Shown: positions 26,673 to 45,033, counted from the first letter of the stretch. The stretch is DNA of 64,000 bases from Octopus vulgaris (GCA_951406725.2 OX597824.1:80910001-80974000), one strand, 5' to 3'. Notes: generated by a model not told the origin, from the sequence alone. Made by a program: numbers and translations.

Positions 26673-27416
26673 ATGTATTGCAAATATAATTCTACCAAAG
26701 AGACTAAATTGAAAATATCCGCTACATCAATGCCTGTATGCTCGGCCAATAACCCCAGCCATAATTAACTTTTACAGTGCTATATTTCGCTGGAAAATAA
26801 TATTATTGTGAAATCTTGTATCCTTGACGTAAGGCTTCATTTCCACACGCGCTAGCTTAATTTAATTCGTCCATAGTCGATAGACACCCGTTGTTATGTC
26901 CTGTTATTATTTATATTTTCATTGTATTTGTGTAACATTGTCCGTTTTGTACCGTCCTTGTTTTTGTATACATTCGCTGCTTCCTTCCAAGGAATCTGAT
27001 GCTCTTAAGTTAGTCCTTTCTTGGGGCTGGCCAGATTAGAGCAATCTCAAGTATAATCAGCCGAAATTGCGAAGGTAATCTGGTACTTGACTGAAGAAAG
27101 AAAATTTCGAATGACCCGTACTTGCTTTCTTTGTATCGTCTATCTGAATGTTGTGTTATCCCATTTTTGTATCACCTAACTGTCCGGATGTTTTGCGTTC
27201 TTGTTCCATTTTGTATTATATATACATATATATATATATGTGCGTGTGTGTGCGTGTATATATATATATATGTACGTTCACATAAATGTATATATGCATG
27301 TATATATGTACATACATACATTCATATATATGTATATGTCTCTCTCTTTATATATATATAATATACATACATATATACACATATATATACATACATATAT
27401 TTGTATATATATATAC

Positions 27417-27536
<120 letters not shown>

Positions 27537-27824
27537 CACTTGTGATAAAGGCTTTTATAAGATGTTTTTCCATCAGGTACATTTCGTTGAAGCATGAGGA
27601 ACGAAAATAGTAATAAAGAAAATTAATGTATAACTAAAATGTACATATGTTATTATTCATAATTTAGATAATGGTATTATTGTTGCTAACAGCAGTGCGG
27701 TATCATATGGAAGTGCGTATGTATGTGTACCTTCATATATCATAATGATTCATATATGTCTATGTGTGTATATATGTATATACGCATGCATGATTGCAAA
27801 TATGTATGCGTCTGTATATATGCC

Positions 27825-27893
<69 letters not shown>

Positions 27894-28147
27894 CAAATAT
27901 ATGTGTGTATACTTTGGTAATGACGCGACGGGTTAACGCTTGTTAATTGCTTTTTCTTCATCTTGTTCTTGTTGTTGTTATTGTTCTTCTTCATCATGAT
28001 CATCATCATGGTCATAATCCGTAAGAATTGTCAAAAACTATAAACAATATCGTTGGAAACAAAACAATCATACGCACACAAACGCATACAATAATAATGA
28101 CAACAACAACAACAACAGCATCAGCAACAACTATGAAAATAATTGTG

Positions 28148-29285
<1,138 letters not shown>

Positions 29286-29301
29286 GAGAATGAATCTGTA
29301 A

Positions 29302-29692
29302 AAGAATTTGATAAACTTAGCTTTTATAAGGACCTAGAAATTGAAATACCAAAAAGTGTGGTACCTTGAAGCAAAAACTGTTCCTGTTATTTTATGTTCT
29401 CTATGCACGATGAAAAGAGGGTGTCAGAAACAGCTAGACAACATCCCAGGAGAACCATGTTTCAGAGAAATCCAAAAGATTGTGCTGACACGTACTGTCC
29501 ACATTCATAGAAAAACTCGATCAATTTAAATGTCTGTGCAGTATTACATGGAGATATTTTGCTACTACCCTTCCCAGTTTCCCTCCCCATGCATTCAGTT
29601 TTACTGTAACATCTCTTATACTTCATTCGCCTTAGGATGCCGGGTATGTCTTGGCGAGTGATCGCAACAATCATGTAGATTAAAATCAAATA
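29302..29692 (+). mobile_element. R4/Dong-like (restriction-like endonuclease) LINE 3' fragment
   Basis: EFDKLSFYKDLEIEI/VWYLEAKTVPVILCSL..IPGEPCFREIQKIVLTRTVHIHRK matches the C-terminus of RLE-type LINE ORFs; one frameshift; in AAT-related repeats. Confidence 0.8.
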
Positions 29693-30599
29693 ACAGCAAC
29701 AACAACAACAACAATGATAATAATTTATTCTTTTGTTTGCCACAAGGGCCCGCATACAAAAACATTAAATGACATACTCCACGATTTCAAATTTGAATAT
29801 CTAACCTTGACATAATTTAATCTACAAGTGATTATCTCCCTTGCAATAAACTGCAACCAGGGCATACTACATGGTTTTACGCATAGATTTTCGGAAATTA
29901 CCGGGCTAGAAAATCCTGGAATTTTCTCTTGGAGTTAGTCTTCAGGCTAAAAGCTTTTCTGGGATGCTGTTCAATTCATAAACGATGATCTTCATCGAGA
30001 GCCAGACACTCCAATAGAACGTAGTTTTTGTACCTCACCACTGGAACTATTTTAAAGCTAACCTGTAGGATCCAGGCGAGAATTTTATGGACAGTACCTG
30101 TATCTTCATTGGATTATACGCTCGAAAAGCATTCCAAAGAGATAGGCACGGTTCGAAATTGCATAATAAAAGAACATGTTTAAAATCATATTAAGTAGTA
30201 TGGCAGATGACAATGTAAGATTAATGATATTATGGTCCATAGCTAAGTGGAAAAGCCAGATTATGTATTCGCAGGTCTTAGTGTATTCATGTATGAGAGC
30301 ACATACATACACACGTACGTAAATACATACTTGTATGTTTACATTACAGATGTACACACTATTGTGTGTGTGAGTATGTGTAAGTTTGTATGTGTGTGTG
30401 TGTGTGTGCGTGCGTGTGTGTACGAGCGTATTTGTATATATGTACGTCAGCATGTAAATATATATGTATAAAAATATAGCTACAAACGACGCTGATTACA
30501 CACTTGTATGACACGCGGACACTTAAACGTAAAGATACCCCGAAATACATAAGAACAACAAACACATACACATATTTATATATGTGTGTATATGTATAA

Positions 30600-30654
<55 letters not shown>

Positions 30655-30726
30655 TGCATATATATGTGTGTGTATATATATATGTGTGTAACACAGACAT
30701 ATTTATATATGTGTGTTTATGTATAA

Positions 30727-30777
<51 letters not shown>

Positions 30778-31245
30778 TGCATATATATGTGTGTGTTTGT
30801 GTGTTTGTGTGTATGCGTATTTGTATGTTTATATGTATGTATGCCGACATGTTCTTGTAGAGCTTAATATAATTTGCAGCGAAAGGAAGAAAATACTTGT
30901 GTTTATAAGAACGATGACAGAATTGAAAATGTATATAAGTAGTGGGGGGGAAAAAGACACGAATGAGAAAGAGTGTAAGGAAAATGTGAAGAAGAAGAAG
31001 AAGAAGAAGAAGAAGAAGAAGAAGAGGAGGAGGAGGAGTAGGAGAAAAATGAAGAAGAGACATAGATAGAGAAGCAGAGAGAGATTTAGTGTTAAAGAGA
31101 GCGAACGAAAGAGAGAGAGAGAGAGAGAGAGAAGCATGATTACATGAAAACCTAATTCATTTAAATATACGTACGTATACTCCTTCATATACATACATAC
31201 ATACATACATACATACATTCATACATACATACATACATACATACA

Positions 31246-31281
<36 letters not shown>

Positions 31282-31348
31282 TATGCACATACAAATATAC
31301 ATATATATGTGCAGTTATACATTGATTACAAGTATATATACATACAAA

Positions 31349-31403
<55 letters not shown>

Positions 31404-31755
31404 TTTTCGTGTGTGTGTATATATATATATATATTTATTTATATGGTGAAAATAGAGAGAGAGAGAGACAGACAGACAAACACTCATACATACATATACA
31501 GAAAAGGGAACATGCATAGCAACACATAAATATAAGACATATACATACGCATATATTAATACAAACATGGACACATACTGACATACATACATACATTTAC
31601 ATACATTAGTTTTGAAGTGTAATCTTATATCCGGGACAAACTACTTTGTTATTTAAGACGAAATGTGGCGTAATCACTTATGATATTTCGTAAATAATGT
31701 CCCACATTTTGACAGGCGACTTACATCATATAACTAATGTGACATATGTGTGTTC

Positions 31756-34062
<2,307 letters not shown>

Positions 34063-34443
34063 ACAAAAATTATAATCCCTACCGTCTTTCGTAGTATAAT
34101 ATAAAAATAAAAGCTTAATAACCACATTATTTCAATTAATCAATTTATAGGCAGGATTAAACGCTAACTTAAATAAAACTACAGCAAAGAGACATATAAA
34201 ACAATGTACATTGTATCGGTATAATAGTAAACTGCAATAACTGAAACATATGCTAAATTGCGACCAATCTTTAAGTGCATACAAATAACAATCCCACCAG
34301 TCTTCCATAGATACTGCTATAATGAAAGTTAAAGCTTTATATAAATCTCTCCAAAACAAAACAAACACGACCGAAATTAATTTAACTAATATTTTTAATG
34401 AATGAAAGTTAATAATAAAACACTACATCCTCATTAATATACC

Positions 34444-34664
34444 TATTTCTTTACTACCCACAAGGGGCTAAACACAGAGAGAACAAACAAACGGATTAAG
34501 TCGATTGTATTGACCCCAGTGCGTAACTGGTACTTAATTTATCGACCCCGAAAGGATGAAAGGCAAAGTCGACCTCGGCGGAATTTGAACACAGAACGTA
34601 GCGGCGGACGAAATACGGCTATACATTTCGCCCGGCGTGCTAACGATTCTGCCAGCTCGCCGCC
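34444..34664 (-). mobile_element. Family A SINE, 10-bp TSD
   Basis: TSD ttaatatacc at 34434-34443 and 34665-34674. Confidence 0.93.
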
Positions 34665-35243
34665 TTAATATACCACCACTATAAGCTATAATATTAAATT
34701 ACCTGTAACTAATGTAAACATTAAATTTCATTAAGTACTTTTAATTAACTATTATTATAAACCTGGCTATGTTTAAAGCAAATTAAAACTGCTTCAAAGA
34801 TAAAACTACAAGTATTAACACTTATATATTTAATCAGACAGGCGGTTCCTTCACCAAGAATTTAAAAGGCCAATTAACTATTGATGACGTAGAGCGTAAT
34901 TACTACTTCCTCCATTGTCTCAATATTGGAGACGCAGTAAGCAAATAACTCGGATCCTTACAAATATTTGCTTACAAATATTCCAAATCCTTACAAATAT
35001 TTGCTAAGCTGAAGACTAGACATTACCCCATATTTATTTAAATTTTCAAATTTCCTACCTAAACAGCGATTAAAAGTGCCAACCAATCTACTATATTTAT
35101 ACTCTTGTTTTACTAAATGTTTTAATGGCTCATTTAGTCCTTACAAAAATTTATTAGCATTATTAATAATAGTACAATGTCTAATAATTTGCCCTGCAAA
35201 AAAACCATGACCAATAACAGAAGGAATTTTACTATATATATGT

Positions 35244-35295
<52 letters not shown>

Positions 35296-35727
35296 GTATA
35301 TATATATATATATTTATATATAGATACATACATACATGCATAGATATAGGTGCATTCATGCACAATACATATATACATATACAAATATATGTGTGTGTTT
35401 CTCTGTGTGTGTAAGTGTGTGAGTGTGGATGTGTATGCAACACCCTAACCATGGGGCTTAAGGTTTAGTGGTTAGGGTTTTGCCCTCACGATTGCGAGAT
35501 CGGGGTTTTAATTGCTGGACTGAGTGGCCCGTTTTATTTCTTGAGAAAATCACTTCATCGTGTGGCACACCGTGTACCTCCTCAAGAAGCGCCAATTTGA
35601 TGCAAGGTGAGAGCTAATGTATACCATATACATTTGATCACTATAAGCAAATCATTTGTTAGCTGTTCAGCAAAGAATTACAGAACCGTCTTTTCCGGAA
35701 CACGTGTGGCTACCATCTATCTATTTT

Positions 35728-35813
<86 letters not shown>

Positions 35814-36282
35814 CTCTATCTATCGTCTAGTGAATGCTTCAAAAAAAATATGGCTAAGTGTAGCATGGATGGCACGTGTGAATGACGGAGCCAGCTTGAG
35901 CATAATCCTATGAACCAAAAGAAAAAAAAACGAAAGGAAAAAAGAGACCCACTAACGGTGATGTTTTTTTCTTTTTGCATAATACTATTGCCCAAGGTTC
36001 CCGTGGTCTTTTCTGCAAGCTTTTCTATCCACGGGCAAACCTAATCTGTTTTCCCTTTTCACATTGAGATTTCTGTGATACACGATCCCTATTGATCTGC
36101 CCCACATTTTTTCAAGATCCCTTTTGATCGGATTTCGCCCCACTCTTTCCCTCCCTCCACTTCTTCCCAAAAAGAAAAGCTCTACTTTGTATTTTGTCCG
36201 TTCTGTGTTCAGCCCTACGTGGCCAATAAAGAAATGTATGTATTATGGATGGATGCATGTATCTAAGTATGTATGTATGTAG

Positions 36283-36318
<36 letters not shown>

Positions 36319-36327
36319 GTATCTATG

Positions 36328-36373
<46 letters not shown>

Positions 36374-37211
36374 CTAGTCTGTCTGTTTGTCTATATATTT
36401 TTATATGAATATGTAAATGTGTGTGTACATTTCAAATCGTCAACATCGTATTTAATATAACCACAAAAGCCAATTTTTCAGATATCATTCCAAAGAATGA
36501 AAAAATTAAAAAAAGTGCGGAAATTATTATCAAATATTCAATCGCGTTTAAATATGGCTTCTTGTAATGGAGAAGATGTAAACGTTGTCCTCCATACATA
36601 GTTTGCTGACGTGGATTTGCATCAGAATTGTAACAGACAAAAATGTAAAATTTGTTTCAGCACATGGAGTGCTACGTTCAAATCCCGCCAAGTTCTGCTT
36701 TATCTATCCTCCTGTATGGATATAAAAAAAGTTCAAAACCTGAATGGTAAACTAGCATATCTGTTAGGGGTAGAGTCCCTTAAGGTTTCTGTTCCAGTTC
36801 TTTATATTCCACATAAGTGTGTGAGGAAATTGGCCTTAAGCCATTTTGGCATTGAAACTATATTACTTATTTTTTATATGATCGTTTGTTCTAATGTTCT
36901 GTAAAATTAATATAAACTACATGACATCATAGGCTTCAGACTTTTATTGTTGGAATAAGCATGAGATGACAAGCAGTGGCAGACGACAAGCAGTGGCAGA
37001 CGACAAGCAGTGGCAGACGACACAAAAGAAAAACTGTGTAAGGGAAGCAACACGAGCTGTTGCATCCGCTTCGGTGTAATATTTCAACATTTTTTTCCAA
37101 TAAAAACGCCACAAAGACAATTTTTTTCTAGCAAGAGCTGATAACGAATAGTTTTAGATGTTAATAAATACTTATACGCTTAGATTAAGTTTCTGTCAAT
37201 ATGCAATACCT

Positions 37212-37595
37212 GGTGGAAGCACTCCGTCGGTTACGACGACGAGGGTTCCGGTTGGTCCGAATCAACGCAACAGCCTGCTCGTGAAATTAACGTGTAAGCG
37301 GCTGAGCACTCCACAGACACGTGTACGCTTAACGTAGTTTTCGGGGATATTCAGCGTGACACAGAGAGTGACAAGGCCGGCCCCTTTGAAATACAGGTAC
37401 AACAGAAACAGGAAGTAAGAGTGAGAGAAAGTTGTGGTGAAAGAGTACAGCAGGGATCACCACCATCCCCTGCCGGAGCCTCGTGGAGGTGTTTTCGCTC
37501 AATAAACATTCACAACGCCCGGTCTGGGAATCGAAACCGCGATCCTATGGCCGCGAGTCCGCTGCCCTAACCACTGGGCCATTGCGCCTCCACTC
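37212..37595 (-). mobile_element. Family C SINE (tail-1), 9-bp TSD
   Basis: TSD gcaatacct at 37203-37211 and 37596-37604. Confidence 0.95.
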
Positions 37596-37855
37596 GCAAT
37601 ACCTATGATATATGTAACCTTACATTGTTATGTATCACTTACATAGCAAAAGGGAAGCATGCGTACGATTGGTGGCAGAAGCAGTGGAATCATATTACGA
37701 TACCAAAGCGTGGTTTATTTACCATTGCATTGCTTACCAGGGTTCAACTGTCGATAGTATGGTGCATTATATATCGCACAAGGTACAGGGGAGTATCTTG
37801 TTCGAAACGGTAAGTCTTTCGACTAACAATTTTTAAGGATGTGCCTCAACATAGC

Positions 37856-38067
37856 CGTCGCCATGTTGATTCGTTAGCTACTGCACGCATTTTTTTCTCT
37901 CCTTCTTTCTGTGTTTTTTTTCTCTCTGTGTATCTTTCTGTTGAAGAGCGTAGGCTCGAAACGTTAAAGACTTGTTTTATTTATATTTCCTGAGCGCCAT
38001 ACTAATACAATTGTTCGTTTGTTTTCCACCTGCCTTCGTCTTTTGTCTATTTTCATAAAGCTTCCCG

Positions 38068-38069
<2 letters not shown>
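37856..38069 (+). mobile_element. Family E copy with hammerhead-like core (37933-37970)
   Basis: TCTTT CTGTTGA A GAGC gtag GCTC GAA ACGT T AAAGA; ends at (TA)n. Confidence 0.75.
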
Positions 38070-38120
<51 letters not shown>

Positions 38121-38129
<9 letters not shown>

Positions 38130-38319
38130 AAGCTAATAAAAAGGGCTAGCAGCAGGATGCTTCGCCTCATACCGAAGGAATTAGAAATGGCAGTCAAAGA
38201 CTGTTTTTTCCATTTAGAAATGGTAGTCAAAGACTGTTTTGTTTTTACTGCCATATCTAATTCCTTCGGTATGAGGCGAAGCAGCCTGCTGCTAGCCCTT
38301 TTATTAGCTTTACTATATA
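38121..38319. repeat. Fold-back with 73-bp inverted arms, followed by a decayed hammerhead-like motif
   Basis: 38121-38193 vs 38247-38319; then CTGACGA (38338)..GAA ATTTACCGGTAAAT A (38385). Confidence 0.85.
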
Positions 38320-38513
38320 CTGAACCTTACAAAGTTCCTGACGATGAATTTGTCATATTTACATACCGAAATTTACCGGTAAATAATTGTTGGTTACATG
38401 AAAAACCACAGAAAAATTATTTACCATTTTTATTGTATATATATATATATCACTACTACTTTGTTATCTCCCCTACTTCTTAGCTCTCCTGTGTAACTCC
38501 TCTGTCCGGCATT

Positions 38514-38640
38514 CGCCATGATAGAACGCTAGCCACTACACACATTTTTTCTCTCCTTGTTTCTTTCCGTGTTCCTTTCTTTGGAAGAGCGTTTTCTATA
38601 CCACCTGTCTTCGTCTTTTGCTTTTTTGTGAATTCTCCCT
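38514..38640 (+). mobile_element. Family E copy with internal deletion through the core
   Basis: ggaagagcg joins directly to the 3' part ccacctgtcttcgtc. Confidence 0.7.
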
Positions 38641-38931
38641 ATATATATATATATATATATACATATATTTATATATATCGTTGTTATTATGCAAAAGTGT
38701 CGTAAGTCCAAAACTTTGCTTTTACAGAAGAGGAACAATAGTTTCACCATTTCATTTCTCTTTGTATTAAGAACGGGTTGAGCTTAAAACAATAATATTT
38801 TGTTGGATGTATAAAATCGTAAATCTATGTACGTATGATATTTTCTGTCAGAAATATTTTTGCAAGACTGTCGTATGTGGGACTAGTAAAAATTTGTAAA
38901 ATCTTTATTACCCAGATATTATTAATTATAC

Positions 38932-38962
<31 letters not shown>

Positions 38963-39004
38963 TGTATGTATGTATGTATGTATGTATGTATGTATGTATG
39001 TATG

Positions 39005-39087
<83 letters not shown>

Positions 39088-39092
<5 letters not shown>

Positions 39093-39298
39093 ATCCAAAC
39101 AAGAAAACATAAAAACACAACAACGCGAGGACGGGGAACAAATATAGTATTATTGGACGCTCAGGAAAGAAGGAAAGAAGGAGGGTTTAACCTTTCGAGT
39201 GGAGCTCTTCGTCGGAAACATAGGAGAAGGAAAGATCCAGAGAAGGGAAGACAGAGGAAAAAAATCGCCAACGGTACACACGAGGTCACATTTTGAAA
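39088..39298 (-). mobile_element. Family E2 copy (uninterrupted)
   Basis: Reverse complement colinear with 45548-45682 plus 46008-46062. Confidence 0.85.
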
Positions 39299-40095
39299 GC
39301 AATATATATATATATATGTATGTATGTATATATATGTGGGGTTGTGTACAAGACATTTTTAAGCTGTCAAAGTTCTATAAATTATAGAATAGACAGGAAT
39401 ACCTGTGCAACACACGACACGATGATGTCAGTTGCTAATTGGTGTAACATATCAGCTTGTAGTTAGAGAGCTTCTGAATTAGTAACGATTAGGAAAGGAA
39501 AATGAGATTTGATTTGTCAAGCTCATCCTGTTCAACATGTCTATATGCTTAACATGGTAAAACAGATTTGTTTAGAGTTCATTTCGTGTTTAGATATTTG
39601 TTTAGAGTTCATTTCATGCTATCAAAAATTGAGGCGTGATTCACCTCTCGTGAATGAATTTGTCCGTCTTTCTGCCTTCGAATTTTCTCGCGCAGACGTC
39701 TGTATACATAAATAACATATTTTTTGCGTCTATGTTTAAGAGTAAAAGCTTTACATAATGTTATGATACACATTACTTCAAGTAATAGAGTATGTTATAT
39801 TATTATTATTATTATATAGGCGGATAGTTTACAGAATTAATCCTATCCTGGTACTTGGGAACATGTTCACAGCTTGATTAGTAGAGCAACAAGATTAACT
39901 AACAAATACATACACGAATACCTACATATATTTATATATATGTATGTATATATATATGTGTGTGTGTGTGTACGCACATTTATACGTGTATGTATATACG
40001 TGTGTGTGTATATGTGCGTGTGTATGCACGTTTAAACATGTGTGCTTATACAAGTATATATGCATGTACATATACATACATACATATATACATAT

Positions 40096-40153
<58 letters not shown>

Positions 40154-40175
40154 ATGAATGTATGTATGTACATAT

Positions 40176-40526
40176 CGTCGTCGTAGCACTCCGTCGGTCA
40201 CGACGACGAGGGTTCCAGTTGATCCGATCAACGGAACAGCCTGCTCGTGAAATTAATGTAAAAGTGGGTGAGCACTCCACAGACACGTGTACCCTTAATG
40301 TAGCTCTTGGAGAGATTCAGCGGGACACAGAGTGTGACAAGGCTGGTCCTTTGAAAAACAGGTACAACAGAAACAGGAAGAAAGAGTGAAAGAAAGCTGT
40401 GGTAAAAGAGTACAGCAGGGTTCGCCCCACCCTCCCCGCCGAGGCCCCGTGGAGCTTTTAGGTGTTTTCACTCAATAGACACTCACAACACCCGGGCGGG
40501 GAATCGAAACCGCTGCCCTAACCACT
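40176..40526 (-). mobile_element. Family C SINE (tail-1), head partly deleted
   Basis: Colinear with 14424-14813. Confidence 0.9.
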
Positions 40527-40685
40527 GTATGTACCTATATATATATATATATTCTTTTATTCTTTTATTTGTTTCAGTTATTTGACGGCCATGCTGAGGC
40601 ACCGCCTCGGTGCCATGGAGTGGGACTGAACCCGGAACCATGTGGTTGGTAAGCTAGCTATTTACCACACAGCCACTCTTGTATG

Positions 40686-40768
<83 letters not shown>

Positions 40769-41520
40769 GTATATATACATATATATGTGTGTGTGTGTGT
40801 GTGTGTGTATTTAGAAACCACTATTTACCTCATGCATACATACTCCTATAAACACTCATATGTTTGTATGTCAATCTACCTATCTATCTACATATATGTT
40901 TACACCTATGTGTGTATACGTGTGTGTGTGTGTGTGTGTGTGTGTAGGAATATGAATCCGTACATGAGTACGTTTATTACTCTGCGTGCGCGCACGTGTG
41001 CTGTATGTGTCTGTGTGTACATGTGTGTGTGTGTGTATAAGTGCTTGATTGCGTATAATACTGACTGAAAATACTTAACCGTATGTTTCTTAAACAATTT
41101 GACATGGACGATACCAAACGTGTTGAAAACGATATCACCACACACGATGATTTATATATATATGCGGCACCATTTCGTCCTGAGTAATCTACGTATAATC
41201 TTATCTGAATCTTACCGCAATCCTTCTCCACCCCCCATCACGATCACTATCAATAATTCTGCCGCGACCAGCGCCAGTCTCGCCTTAAGTACTTCTAGAT
41301 GTTTGTAATACTTTCATGAGTGCTTAATATATACATAGCAATAGACGTTATGTAAGAATATATACACAGGCCTAGCTGTGGGGGTAAGAAAGCTTGCTTC
41401 CCAACCAGATGGCTCCGGGTTCAGTCCTACTGAGTGGCACTTTGTGTCTTCTACTATAGCCACGAGCTGACCAAAGTCTTGTGAGGGGATTTGGTAGACA
41501 GAAACTGAAAGATGCCTATC

Positions 41521-41594
<74 letters not shown>

Positions 41595-41595
<1 letters not shown>

Positions 41596-41786
41596 GAGGG
41601 AGAATTCACAAAAAAACAAAAGACGAAGATAGGTGGTGTAAACAACAAATAGATTTATTAGTATAACACTCGGGAAGTAAAAAAGTCTTTAACGTTTCGA
41701 GCCTACGCTCTTCCACAGAAAGGCATACAGAAGGAAACAAGGAAAGAAAATAAAGAATGTGTAGTGGCTATCGATCTGTCAGGGCG

Positions 41787-41787
<1 letters not shown>
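41595..41787 (-). mobile_element. Family E copy
   Basis: Minus strand CTTT CTGTGGA A GAGC gtag GCTC GAAACGT T AAAG; flanked by microsatellites. Confidence 0.75.
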
Positions 41788-41878
<91 letters not shown>

Positions 41879-42049
41879 CTGGCTCGATTACGTTGCCCAG
41901 ATGATCAATGTGGACGAAATTTATACGTAAAGATCTTCAGGACTCTTGGTTGCCTTATCACTCAGCCTCGCTGCATCCGAAGAATCAAATATTTTTATGC
42001 GCTTGTTAAACTTTGAGTATTGACTTTGATTTGTATTTGTTTTAGAGGT

Positions 42050-42551
42050 TAAGATTTGTTTCGGATGGTCCAACACAGTTGGAATCAAAACATCAAACCT
42101 TTCAGCTAGATCATGCGTGCTTTGAGATATATCCGCTTCCACTACAGTTTCCAGCTCATCATTAACCACTTTGCTCTCAAGTCTACCATAGGGCTGATTT
42201 TGGAGAGTAAAATCACCAGACCGGAACTTATCGAATCATCGACGTACAGTGCGCTCAGCTTCACCAAACACCTCATTGATGTTTCGAGCTGTCTGGGATG
42301 CATTGGGTTCCACGACGAAACTCATATTCATGAACAACACGAATTTTTGATCTGTCCATGGGTTCATAATAAAATTGATTTACAAGAGAAAATTCACAAT
42401 ATAATCAGACACCATGAATTGCATTTCGAAAAGGGATGATGTAGCTTTTTAGTATTATAAAACAAAGAATTGTCAGGACAAAACATTAGAGCTAACAATT
42501 GTCAAACTTGGTGCATAAGAAAATCGGACATTTCATTCTTACTAACGTGAT
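42050..42551 (-). mobile_element. Mariner transposon 5' fragment
   Basis: ATG at 42359: MDRSKIRVVHEYEFRRG/..TARNINEVFGEAERTVRR*FDKFRSGDF..VVNDELETVVEADISQSTHDLAERFDV (mariner HTH domains); decayed TIR-like end near 42550. Confidence 0.85.
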
Positions 42552-42566
42552 ATATATATATATCTA

Positions 42567-43067
42567 TCTATATATATAAAACTGTAGTTGTGTGAGTGTC
42601 TGTCCCCTTCGATTTAGATTCCTAACTACTCCCACATTTTGCGGTGCAGTTTAACCAAATTCGGGTATCTTATAGTCGTGATTCATATCGAGCCCGTCTG
42701 AGTATTAGCGCGCGTCTACGATGAGTCTACGATTTTAAAAATAATTTAACATAATTTTTTATTCCATTTTAATGCATAATTTTTCGTGTGTCGATGGCGT
42801 CCCTGGTCACACCTGCACCTGTTTGCTTCTCCCCTTTCTTCCCTCCCTCGTGAAAAACGTGGGGAAGGGAGTGTATTAAATCAACGTCGTAATGCGTTGT
42901 CAAGGAGACCAGCGTTCTTTTAGAACAACGACTTCATGGCTTGAAGACACCAAAACAGAGATGGCTAAGAAAGCCCGAATTGACATCTATAAGGGAAGTA
43001 CACTCTCTAAAAATGCTTATATAGTTATTTCCCTTACAAACCCGAGCAACGCCGGGCGATACTGCTA

Positions 43068-43068
<1 letters not shown>
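42567..43068 (+). mobile_element. Non-autonomous Helitron, longer variant
   Basis: 5' TC, hairpin cccgagcaacgccggg 43041-43056, 3' CTAG; homologous to 24866-25166 with an extra internal segment. Confidence 0.8.
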
Positions 43069-43117
<49 letters not shown>

Positions 43118-43251
43118 GCGGGGTAGATGAAACAGGGACAACTGAATAAGAGGAATATTCTTTATGTTGCATGTCTTGTTTCTATGTTTTTGGTTTGTGT
43201 TTTCGTTTCTCGTTGTGTTCAACGTTTATCTTTGATGTCCTGTACCTATAT

Positions 43252-43283
<32 letters not shown>

Positions 43284-43609
43284 AAATGTAGGTATGTACA
43301 TATATATATAAATGTAAGCATGTACATATATATTTGATTTACGGGAAGGGCTGTTGCATGTCTATATTATGGCTGCCCCCTCGTAATCGAGTATGGCCAT
43401 TGCACGAAGCTGGTGCTGTGATCGAATGTGACTTTTTAGCCCAGCCAAAGATTTACAATGTCTTGTAAAGAATTGGCAACTAAAACCTTTACCGGTAATA
43501 GCTGGCTGTAGTTGTAACTGGGCTTCATGTATCATTGCATATGCATATATTTATATATTATTTATATTATAATATAATTGAACGCCACGCATCCTTTTCC
43601 AAGTAAGTT

Positions 43610-43685
<76 letters not shown>

Positions 43686-43753
43686 ATATATATATATATA
43701 TATGTGTATGTATGTATGTATATGTGTGTGTGTGTGTATGCCTATATATATAA

Positions 43754-43815
<62 letters not shown>

Positions 43816-43891
43816 TTAGATAGATATGTACTCATATATATATAGACAGATAGACAGACAGATAGACAGACAGATAGATAAATAGACAGAC

Positions 43892-43976
<85 letters not shown>

Positions 43977-44405
43977 TAACAGAGAGGTAATGTGCGTGTT
44001 TATTGTTTCATCCCTGGGTAAATACTCAGCATTGTTTCCATTACCGGAGCGCGGACGACGACAGAACGACAATGATTTTTATCTACGGTCGACGGAGTAT
44101 CACGAAACGTTTATAAGCTTCACTTTTGTATATTTACTTTGGAGAATTCAGCTGAAATGAAAACCGACTGAAACATATAATCAAGTTTCTGATCCCAGCG
44201 AGTTTCCACCCATATGTGTGTGTGTATGTGTGTGTGTGTGTGTATTTATAGCTACATGTGTGCGTGTGTGGGGCGGCGTGCGTGTATACAATACATGTAC
44301 GTTTATTTTTCCTCCATTTCCGTAGGAATCCTGGCTTCGCTGTTCTGTTCGACGTTGTACATTTGTATTTTGCTTGTTTAGTCATTTCGCTATTCTCCTG
44401 ATATC

Positions 44406-44530
<125 letters not shown>

Positions 44531-44677
44531 CACACACGCACAAACACACAAACACACAAAGTATGCATGTAGATTATATATGTACATATATATATATCTG
44601 TGTGGATGCTCGGGTGTGTGCGAGCGTGTGTATATGTATTTATACATATACGTATATTTGTACAAATATGTATAATG

Positions 44678-44721
<44 letters not shown>

Positions 44722-44811
44722 AGTATAATGAACATATGTATATACATTCATTTTTACGTTTCCATCTTCCTGTGTGCGTATTTATGTATATAAACATACA
44801 CATACATACAA

Positions 44812-44853
<42 letters not shown>

Positions 44854-44998
44854 AATAATAAGGGTAAAATTAATTAATTAGATATTAATTATTTTACCAA
44901 GCAGTGTTCAGTATGTATATATATCCATATATATATAGACATATACATAAATACATATACATACATATATACATATACACGCACACATATATATATGT

Positions 44999-45033
<35 letters not shown>

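Noticed and set aside
27085-27125. Hammerhead at CTGAAGA..GAATGACCCGTA
   Set aside because: GAAA is broken and helix I does not pair; could be a fossil but is not supportable
34065-35230. Penelope RT remnant after the CR1-like LINE
   Set aside because: AT-rich and ORF-like in texture, but I could not read any convincing RT motif
43435-43510. Hammerhead suggested by palindrome TTACCGGTAA and ccagc/gctgg
   Set aside because: No CUGAnGA-like or GAAA core in register
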